DNA of 10,066 bases from Bdellovibrionota bacterium. Its GTDB lineage: Bacteria > Bdellovibrionota_C > UBA2361 > OMIW01. Positions within the stretch are counted from its first letter, which is position 1; each line of letters opens with the position of its first letter. This document shows positions 1-6,745 of the stretch, piece after piece. The notes beneath the pieces are model-generated. The model was not told the origin of the DNA. It saw only the letters and a list, made by a program, of their open reading frames with translations, and searched no databases. The stretch is taken from the NCBI GenBank assembly GCA_044345055.1, contig JBIJBT010000090.1, forward strand, positions 1 to 10,066, read 5' to 3'. The translations under genes and the position numbers were made by a program.

Positions 1-218
1 GGATTTCTCCCCCGACGAGGTTCTTTATAGTTTACCTCATAGGAGCCAAATCCAGAGATCATTACCTTCCCATCTTTGGCAAGTCCTTCTTTAATCAGCT
101 CTATATAATCCTCAACAATAGCTGCGCAACGCTGTCGATCTATTTCATCCTGCCATAGGAGGTCATAGAGCACGTTCGTGAGATCAGCTTTGGTAAGGCA
201 TTTTTTCTCGTCTGACAT
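1..218 (-). CDS. ihfA: Integration host factor alpha / HU-family DNA-binding protein, 5' part (continues beyond window start)
   Basis: Manual translation from ATG at 218: MSDEKKCLTKADLTNVLYDLLWQDEIDRQRCAAIVEDYIELIKEGLAKDGKVMISGFGSYEVNYKEPRRGRN(P). LTKA(D/E), SGFG and RxGRNP are hallmarks of IHF-alpha/HU. The family is secure; the alpha-subunit assignment is less so. Confidence 0.88.
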   Translation of the reverse strand, partial: MSDEKKCLTKADLTNVLYDLLWQDEIDRQRCAAIVEDYIELIKEGLAKDGKVMISGFGSYEVNYKEPRRGRN

Positions 219-536
219 AACGTTTCTTCTCTGAAAAAATCCCACTTCTTTGGCTTAAACTGATATACTGAAGATCGATATTGACACTGATAACGACTGC
301 TGTGGGGTTATTGCGGAAAAAAGCACCCACCCAAAGAACCCGCAGATTCGGAGCATAATGTAGAATTATGAACTCCTCATCGTAGGTTAGTCGATCACCT
401 TATTTGATGGAAGCAGTTTGTTTTAAAAAGTCGTTTTTTCCTATTTGGTTCAAGGCGCTCCTGATAAGGGTCTAGTCATGACGAATGTACTTGTTCATGA
501 TGGAAAGGTTGTATCGGGGGTTTCGACAGGGGCGAA
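219..536. promoter_or_regulatory. Divergent intergenic promoter region between the IHF-family gene and the HDOD-like gene
   Basis: 318-bp AT-richer gap between divergent starts. It contains TTGACA (281-286), TAGAAT (361-366), an imperfect palindrome at 476-500 and AGGGG just before ATG 537. No correctly spaced -35/-10 pair was found. Confidence 0.5.
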
Positions 537-1424
537 ATGGTAAAGTCACGAAAATCAGTGTCAGATAATAGCATCCCGGCATCATCAGAACGATCGTGGA
601 TACGGGCCCGAGAGATTTTGGAATCATGCGAGCCTGTTATTTCGCCGATACGGCGTATTTGCGAAACAACGATCGGAGATTCGACGAAGATTTATCCCAT
701 TCTTGAAGGCGCAATTATTCCACTGAGGAATATTGTAGTGGCCTGTGGTCAAGACAGTATCCTTGCTGCTGGAGCCACTGGTGAGCGAGCTAGGTTATCC
801 GCTCGAGAGGTACTAGAGAGTATCCCGAGTGATGTCATAGCCGCGGCGCTTGTTCTTCACAGCGTGAGTCGACGTGTCGGCCATCGCCACCTCGAGGCTA
901 TTTGGCGAACATTTCTTGATGAAGCGCTGGATCGCGCTGCGATAGGATACGCAGTGGGCCGAGGTAGTCCGGAATTCGGAGCAGGAAGAGCGATGTTGGC
1001 TGGCTTTTCCAGCCGGGCTGGTTTGGCGATGATAGTTGCTGATGGTAGTGAGGAACAAGCTTCTCACCTCCTCGAAAGATTGCGAAATGGAACAAGCATT
1101 CGAGATGCATGTCTTGTCGTTTATCAGGTCGACCCAGTCCATCTGGGTGCCTTGGTAGTATTAGCTGCAGGGTGTGGTCCGAGCGCTTGCATGGGAATTC
1201 GGGGTTGCGCCGATTTTCAACCGAGGCCCCCAGAAGATGAAGCTGAACTACTTTGGTGGGGAACGCATCTTCTTATAGACCAGCTTGCAACGAGAGAACT
1301 TCAAAATATATCGCCGATTTTGTGGGACATTGTAGGAATAACAGAGGAGCCCGCTAAAAAGGATGTTTTTGATTTTGTCCAAAGTGTGTCGAGGGGGGAG
1401 CATTCCTGGAGCTGGTTGCTTTAA
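537..1424 (+). CDS. Hypothetical protein, degenerate HDOD-domain-like (295 aa)
   Basis: Long ORF with an SD-like AGGGG. The motif order follows HDOD proteins: 'LSAREVLESI' (si..Av..lG), 'IWR', 'AMLAGFSSRAG' (in place of aflAGLLHDiG) and 'YQVDPVHLGALV' (G.dH..lGa.l). Similarity judged by eye. Confidence 0.6.
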   Translation: MVKSRKSVSDNSIPASSERSWIRAREILESCEPVISPIRRICETTIGDSTKIYPILEGAIIPLRNIVVACGQDSILAAGATGERARLSAREVLESIPSDVIAAALVLHSVSRRVGHRHLEAIWRTFLDEALDRAAIGYAVGRGSPEFGAGRAMLAGFSSRAGLAMIVADGSEEQASHLLERLRNGTSIRDACLVVYQVDPVHLGALVVLAAGCGPSACMGIRGCADFQPRPPEDEAELLWWGTHLLIDQLATRELQNISPILWDIVGITEEPAKKDVFDFVQSVSRGEHSWSWLL

Positions 1425-1430
1425 TGCTGC

Positions 1431-1452
1431 GCTTTACTGGTTCAGTACAAGC
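1431..1452. terminator. Weak hairpin between convergent genes
   Basis: GCTT-TACTG-gtt-CAGTA-c-AAGC lies just after the stop at 1424. The loop is only 3 nt and there is no clear U-tract. Confidence 0.2.
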
Positions 1453-1498
1453 CGAAGAGATTTAAGGTCGCCGAGATAAACAATAAACGGCAAAGAAT

Positions 1499-4400
1499 CT
1501 AAGGTCCTCCCGAAACTTCGATCGCCGGTTTGTTATCAGCACCAATGTCGTACAAAGGGCTCTCAAAAAGGAGCTCTAGCTCACGACTCGTGAGGGTAAG
1601 AGGGGAGGTGCCGTTCTCATTTACAAGAGCATCAACAAGATGGGCTTTTTTCCGTTTTAGCTCCATAATCCGCTGCTCGACTGAGTGTTCAGTGACCAGC
1701 CGATAAACGTTGACCGTTTTTACCTGACCGATTCTATGCGCGCGGTCGACTGCCTGACTCTCAACCGCTGGATTCCACCAAGGGTCATAAATAATCACAG
1801 TATCGGCAGCCGTTAGATTAAGTCCAGTTCCGCCCGCTTTTAAACTAATCAGAAAAAGTCTGATTGATGGGTCGGTATTGAAGGTATCAACGAGTGATTG
1901 TCGATCTTTGGTCGAGCCATCAAGATAGAGATACGGAATAGTCAATTCATCGATCCAGCTCTGCATGATAGAGAGCATTTCTTTGAACTGACTAAACACG
2001 AGAATCTTTCTATTTGATTCGAGCGCTTCGAGAACTAGTTCTTTAAATAGGTTGAATTTTCCGGAATCAAAACCCTCGATCGATTTGAGTGCGCCGATTG
2101 AGTTAGGATGGTTACACACCTGCCTAAGCCTCAGAAGGGCCGTGAGAATCGAAACGGTAGCCCCAGAAACCCCTCGCTTCTCTATAGCATCGAAAACCTT
2201 CGGTTTGACCTCCTCGAGTATCTGTGTGTAAAGATCTCGCTGAGAGTGAGTCATTTCGACGTGAAGTACCGACTCGATCTTCGGAGGTAGGTCCTTTTCC
2301 ACCTCGGCCTTGGTTCTTCTCAGAATAAAGGGGCGAACTTTCGCTCGGAGAAGTTCTCCGATCTTTCCGGATGGTCCCTCCTCCAGTATCGGTTTTTCTA
2401 TGTTATTGCGGAAAAACTCCGCAGTCCCAAGATAGCCCGGCATGAGAAAATCCATTATCGACCACAGCTCAAGGGGGCGATTCTCTGTTGGTGTTCCAGA
2501 AAGAGCAAGCCGCGAGTGAGCCTTAAGAGCCTTGGCCGCTTTTGTAGTCGCTGCTGAATGATTTTTTATATTCTGCGCTTCATCAAGGACAAGGGCGGAA
2601 AATTGGTAGTGAGAGAGTTCGTGACGATCGAGCCGCAAAAGAGCGTATGAGGTTATGACTAAATCATATGAAGGGATCGACGAAAACAAACGCTTTCGAT
2701 GAGGGCCTTGTAAAATAAGGACGCGAAGATCGGGAGTAAAGCGTCGGGCCTCGTAGAGCCAGTTCGTAGTCACCGAGGTTGGCGCGATGATAAGAGATGG
2801 AGCGATTGGGCGCGATGCATTGAGATGAAGATTCTGCAAAAATGCGAGAGTTTGAACGGTCTTCCCGAGCCCCATCTCATCGGCGAGAATCCCAGCGAGT
2901 GCGCATTCATTGAGAAAAGAAACCCAACCTACACCCTCCGCCTGATATGAGCGGAGTTTTCCCTTAAAGTTTTTGTGAGGGGTCGCAGCTGGAATACCTT
3001 CCGCACTGAGAAGATGGCGCCGCATCGTGACAATTCGATCATCGAGCAATAGCGAACAAAAAGGGCCTGGCGAAGAGCTAAGACTGAGAGCCTGAGCAGC
3101 GCTGAGCTTTGTTTTTAATCCACCACTGAGCTTGAAGTTTGGATCCACAATCCCGAGCACCGATTTCAGTTGGGCAAGGCTGCCAGTAGGAATCGGCGCA
3201 AACGCGCCAGAATCAAGCCGCACCCAGCGGGCATCTTCTGCCATTGGCCGTTTAAATAAAGAGCTGAGCGGCACATCGGCGTTGTTTTGGAGTAATTTCA
3301 CCTGGCAATCGAACCAGTTGTTACTCGGTGTAGTCTCCGCGATAGCTCCAGTTGCACTACCCTCAGAGGATGCTGTCAAAGATATCGAGATCGAGAGGTC
3401 TGAGAACCTCATCTGAGCACGAGCTTCGTTTATTCCGTTAATAACCCAGTCGTCAGGTATCTGCTTTTCTGACGAGTGAAGAAAATCGAGGACGTCATCG
3501 CCGTGCAACGAAAACTTCCGTCCTTCTCCTTTTTGCTGAAAGCCCGTTCCGATTAAAATTTCTGACGCTTTTTCTTCAAAAGGTCTATCGGGTAAAAAGA
3601 CTATATTCTGTTCAGATGGTGGAGTTGGATAGTCGAATTCGAGTGTAGCAGATAGCTCTAACTGATCATTCGAAAAAAAATGTTCAGAGCCTGTGGAGCG
3701 AAGTGTTACGGTGAGTACCGAACGGGGCTGACAGATCTGGGAGGTAGGTTTGTGCTCAGCGCCTCTTACTTGAATGAGAGGCGAACTTTGAGAAAGTGCC
3801 TCTAATACCGGTCCGACCTGATATCGAGGAAGCCACACCGTTGGTCCGTGAGAGAAAAGCCGTATTATCGGGGCACTTTGCGGAGAGACGGGAAGAAGGG
3901 CAGATTCGATAAAGACCCAATATGGATCAGAGCCGATAACCGAGCCTGCTGCGGCTGGGGTTGGAGTCTGAATCCTATCTCCAGAACGCCTCCACTCCAT
4001 CGAAAGCTCGAGCCCAAGCTCGGACCAGTGACAGATTAGGGATGCATCGATTGAATCGCGCGCGAGGGAGAGAGGTTCCTCGGATAATCCGTGTGCAAGT
4101 CCTTCGTACTCTCCAGCAAGCCCAAGAATGATCCGCATATCAGAGGAGCTTGTTACGATCCAGCTTTTGCTCTCTTCGAGCCACCGCCCTCGTTCTGTGA
4201 GGAGTTGAATCAGCATCGCATCAAGTGCTCGATCGGTGCTTAGAATCGCCTCGGAAACAGAATCAGGGGTGGCCGTGACACTATCAAGGAAGAGTCGTAC
4301 GCCGAGCGCACCATCGAGTGGCCATAGAGCAAGGCTTAGGGTTGGGGGCGCTGCGGTTCGGAGAGGAGCAAATGTGTGTGTGGTCGAGAGCGATTCAATA

Positions 4401-4678
4401 ACCCGAGCAACCTCGCTCGGAGGAGTTGTGTAGGTGCGGCTCAGAATCCCATAAGGCGAGCGACCCTCCGAGCGGGAGAGTGAGGCTACAGAGTTGGAAA
4501 AGAGGGTTGATTCTGTCGGAGCAGATAACTGCTGGTCGATGGCTCCGTTTTGCTCCTGAGAATACTGCTGCGCGGTTGGATTGCCTACGCTAGTGATTTG
4601 CTGCAGGCCTTCCTCCTGATGAGTTACGCCGAATCGGTCAGAAGGGGAATCCACGAACACTCCGCTTTGGTATAACAA
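1499..4678 (-). CDS. SNF2-family (DEXD/H) helicase/ATPase; start uncertain, probably 5'-truncated
   Basis: Contains GILADEMGLGKT (motif I), LDEAQNIKN (II), LSGTPTEN (III), FILRRTK, LVFSQF, SLKAGGTGLNL (V) and DPWWNPAVESQAVDRAHRIGQ (VI). The TTG start at 4678 has no SD, and an in-frame TAG lies at 4685-4687. Confidence 0.95.
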   Translation of the reverse strand: MLYQSGVFVDSPSDRFGVTHQEEGLQQITSVGNPTAQQYSQEQNGAIDQQLSAPTESTLFSNSVASLSRSEGRSPYGILSRTYTTPPSEVARVIESLSTTHTFAPLRTAAPPTLSLALWPLDGALGVRLFLDSVTATPDSVSEAILSTDRALDAMLIQLLTERGRWLEESKSWIVTSSSDMRIILGLAGEYEGLAHGLSEEPLSLARDSIDASLICHWSELGLELSMEWRRSGDRIQTPTPAAAGSVIGSDPYWVFIESALLPVSPQSAPIIRLFSHGPTVWLPRYQVGPVLEALSQSSPLIQVRGAEHKPTSQICQPRSVLTVTLRSTGSEHFFSNDQLELSATLEFDYPTPPSEQNIVFLPDRPFEEKASEILIGTGFQQKGEGRKFSLHGDDVLDFLHSSEKQIPDDWVINGINEARAQMRFSDLSISISLTASSEGSATGAIAETTPSNNWFDCQVKLLQNNADVPLSSLFKRPMAEDARWVRLDSGAFAPIPTGSLAQLKSVLGIVDPNFKLSGGLKTKLSAAQALSLSSSPGPFCSLLLDDRIVTMRRHLLSAEGIPAATPHKNFKGKLRSYQAEGVGWVSFLNECALAGILADEMGLGKTVQTLAFLQNLHLNASRPIAPSLIIAPTSVTTNWLYEARRFTPDLRVLILQGPHRKRLFSSIPSYDLVITSYALLRLDRHELSHYQFSALVLDEAQNIKNHSAATTKAAKALKAHSRLALSGTPTENRPLELWSIMDFLMPGYLGTAEFFRNNIEKPILEEGPSGKIGELLRAKVRPFILRRTKAEVEKDLPPKIESVLHVEMTHSQRDLYTQILEEVKPKVFDAIEKRGVSGATVSILTALLRLRQVCNHPNSIGALKSIEGFDSGKFNLFKELVLEALESNRKILVFSQFKEMLSIMQSWIDELTIPYLYLDGSTKDRQSLVDTFNTDPSIRLFLISLKAGGTGLNLTAADTVIIYDPWWNPAVESQAVDRAHRIGQVKTVNVYRLVTEHSVEQRIMELKRKKAHLVDALVNENGTSPLTLTSRELELLFESPLYDIGADNKPAIEVSGGP

Positions 4679-4684
4679 GGCTGA

Positions 4685-4903
4685 CTAACAACTACGACTA
4701 AGCGAGGCGAGCCGCACGATGCGAGCGCAATGAGAAAGTTGCTCTCCTATTGTGAACAAAATCATAGGGAAAGAGCAACGGCCCCAGCAAACGATCCTCC
4801 GGGGTAAGATGCCGAAGGGATGCGGGAGGGTGCGGTTTTGGGGGGATAGGTCAGGGTTGGAGTGCGGGGAGTCGTACTCTAGAGAATTGGACGATGTTGT
4901 TAG
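4685..4903. repeat. 219-bp imperfect palindromic element with nested stems (attC-like / MITE-like / structured RNA candidate)
   Basis: Terminal inverted repeat CTAACAAC (4685-4692)/GTTGTTAG (4896-4903). Nested pairs: TACGACT (4693-4699)/AGTCGTA (4870-4876) and GAGCCGCAC (4709-4717)/GTGCGGTTT (4830-4838, with G-T pairs). Internal hairpin GTTGCTCT-CCTAT...ATAGG-gaa-AGAGCAAC (4738-4779). Confidence 0.5.
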
Positions 4904-5133
4904 CCGCATAATGGATTGGGTTATCCGCCATCACACAGAGATTAGTTTTCAGACTCAACTCATTACCTTGGAGGGTCGGGTTACGGATTTCTGACCTATC
5001 AATTACGGTATCTGAACGAACAAGGCCGAGTTGAGAGAGGGTCGGAACTATCAAATCCCTGAATACATTTTCAAGTCCGATCAAAGTATTGGCGGAAGGG
5101 ATAGTAAGCTTATCTAAGCCCGCATAATGAATT
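4904..5133. repeat. 14-bp direct repeat CCGCATAATGRATT flanking a repeat-rich 216-bp segment
   Basis: CCGCATAATGGATT (4904-4917) and CCGCATAATGAATT (5120-5133) are 13/14 identical. Inside are GAGGGTCGG x2 (4971-4979, 5037-5045) and the inverted pair CTCAACTC (4954-4961)/GAGTTGAG (5028-5035). Confidence 0.5.
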
Positions 5134-5448
5134 CCAGACTTTCGGTCAGCGCCAAACATACTCTTCTTCCAGCCCACCCCCGAGTTCCACGTCCTGTACT
5201 CTCGAAGGCAATAAAATTGTTCCTTCCACTATCCTTATTTCAATCCGAAATTACCCCACCGCTAATCGCTTCGCAACTCCTAACACTAATTTTTTTGCCC
5301 TACCTTCAACTTTTTTTAACCGATTCCCTGCCTCCCTGCCATTAGCCCCAAACCCCCGTCTCGTGCTACCCTCCCCCTGTTAAGTATCCCCATGATAACA
5401 ATATCTTGACCCTATTCTCACAACCCGTAATCGTAACTAGTCCGAAGT

Positions 5449-5454
5449 TATAGT
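5449..5454 (+). promoter_or_regulatory. Candidate sigma70 -10 box (TATAGT) immediately upstream of serA
   Basis: 5/6 match to TATAAT, ending 7 nt before the serA ATG. There is no SD before the ATG and no good -35 at 17 bp. Confidence 0.35.
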
Positions 5455-5461
5455 AATTCCC

Positions 5462-6688
5462 ATGAAAGAATATTCCTATCCACCTGAAAAAGTTAAGATT
5501 CTCCTCCTCGAGGGGGTTAGCAAAGAGGCTGTTGAGCGTTTTGAATCGGCGGGATACGCCGTTGAAGCGTTGTCCCGTGCGCTCTCTCCAGATGAGCTTG
5601 CGGAGCGAATTGGTGAGGTGCACGTTCTCGGAATCCGTTCAAAAACAGAGGTTCGGGCCGAGGTGCTTCAGCATGCCAAGTCTCTTCTTGCGATTGGCTG
5701 CTTCTGTATCGGCACGAACCAGGTCGATTTAGATGCAGCGGCACTCAGAGGAGTGCCTGTTTTTAACGCGCCTTTCAGTAATACAAGAAGCGTCGCGGAG
5801 CTCGCGGTCGCTGAAATAATTATGCTCGCTCGGCGCGCGTCTCACAAAAGCGATCTTCTTCATCGAGGAGTGTGGGAAAAATCGGCGACCGGATGCACCG
5901 AAGTTCGTCAAAAAACGCTCGGCATCATCGGTTATGGCCATATTGGTCCGCAGATTGGATTGCTCGCAGAGGCGTTGGGGATGCGGGTGCTCTTTTACGA
6001 TATTGTGCCGAAGCTCCCACTTGGAAATGCGCTCTCTGTTGAAACGCTCGGCGAGCTGCTCGCGGAGAGCGATTTTGTAACGCTGCATGTGCCCGAGACC
6101 GAGCTAACCAAAGATATGATTGGTGATGAGCAGCTTCGTCAGATGCGTCGTGGCTCGCACCTATTAAATCTCAGCCGAGGATCGATCGTTGCGGTTGATG
6201 CTCTGGTTCATCATCTTCGTGAGGGACATCTTGCGGGAGCGGCGATAGATGTATTTCCTGAGGAGCCGAGTTCGAACGATGAGCCATTCGTATCCCCGCT
6301 ATGTGGACTCCCGAATGTGATACTCACACCGCACATCGGGGGAAGTACGGTTGAAGCGCAACGAAATATCGGGCTTGAAACGAGCGCTGCATTGTTGAAA
6401 TTCATCGAGATTGGAAGCACGACCGGAGCGGTTAATTTCCCATCAGTCGAGGTGCCGGTAGTTCACGGAAGTCATCGAGTGCTGAATTGCCATCGTAACG
6501 TGCCTGGTGTTTTGCGCGCCATAAATGAGATTGTTGCGGAGCTCGGAGTAAATATTCAACGCCAATCGCTCGCAACCCTCGGTGATGTCGGTTATCTCAT
6601 AATGGATGTCGATAAATCGCTCTCTAGTGAGGTGAAAAGTAAGATAGACGCACTCCCAGATAGCATTAAGACTCGGCTGTTGTTTTAG
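5462..6688 (+). CDS. serA: D-3-phosphoglycerate dehydrogenase (E. coli-type, C-terminal ACT domain)
   Basis: Contains GIRSKT, GCFCIGTNQVDL, FNAPFSNTRSVAEL, NAD-binding GIIGYGHIG, DVFPEEP, catalytic TPHIGGST and the ACT motif HRNVPGVL...GVNI. 408 aa. Confidence 0.98.
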   Translation: MKEYSYPPEKVKILLLEGVSKEAVERFESAGYAVEALSRALSPDELAERIGEVHVLGIRSKTEVRAEVLQHAKSLLAIGCFCIGTNQVDLDAAALRGVPVFNAPFSNTRSVAELAVAEIIMLARRASHKSDLLHRGVWEKSATGCTEVRQKTLGIIGYGHIGPQIGLLAEALGMRVLFYDIVPKLPLGNALSVETLGELLAESDFVTLHVPETELTKDMIGDEQLRQMRRGSHLLNLSRGSIVAVDALVHHLREGHLAGAAIDVFPEEPSSNDEPFVSPLCGLPNVILTPHIGGSTVEAQRNIGLETSAALLKFIEIGSTTGAVNFPSVEVPVVHGSHRVLNCHRNVPGVLRAINEIVAELGVNIQRQSLATLGDVGYLIMDVDKSLSSEVKSKIDALPDSIKTRLLF

Positions 6689-6745
6689 CGTAGAAAGCGA
6701 AGCGTAGAGGAGGGCGGTGAATGAATTCGGTTGTCCAGGATTGCG

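Noticed and set aside
281..309. Perfect TTGACA -35 box
   Set aside because: No -10-like hexamer lies 16-18 bp downstream (GGGGTT).
481..496. LexA box upstream of ORF 537
   Set aside because: The spacing fits neither GAAC-N4-GTTC, GTAC-N4-GTWC nor CTGT-N8-ACAG.
813..4433. Small antisense ORFs within the HDOD-like and SNF2 genes
   Set aside because: Shadow ORFs opposite longer, better-supported CDSs, with no motifs.
4709..4845. Group II intron domain V look-alike (GAGCCG...GTGCGGTTT-GGGGGG)
   Set aside because: The stem encloses about 110 nt rather than forming a ~34-nt D5. There is no D6/AY end, no RT and no matching upstream exon.
4685..4909. 74-aa minus ORF in frame with SNF2 and separated by one TAG (possible readthrough or recoding)
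   Set aside because: It has no SWIM CxC...CxH motif or other recognisable domain and coincides with the palindromic element. TAG is a normal stop for serA.
4901..4928. Chromosomal dif site
   Set aside because: Only the XerC-like CGCATAATG is present. The XerD arm (TTATGTTAAAT) is missing in both copies.
4752..5117. Plus-strand frame interrupted by two TGA codons (4992, 5013) before TAA 5115-5117
   Set aside because: TGA terminates hemY and the nuclease gene, so it is not recoded here. The translation resembles nothing I recognise.
4851..5345. Short ORFs 4851-5177 (-) and 5127-5345 (+)
   Set aside because: No recognisable motifs, and they overlap each other and the repeats. The repeated IHYA simply reflects the 14-bp DNA repeat. 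Not fully excluded.
4685..5461. CRISPR array, tRNA, tmRNA, RNase P, retron or omega RNA
   Set aside because: There is no regular repeat-spacer period, none of the conserved signatures and no cognate protein in the window.
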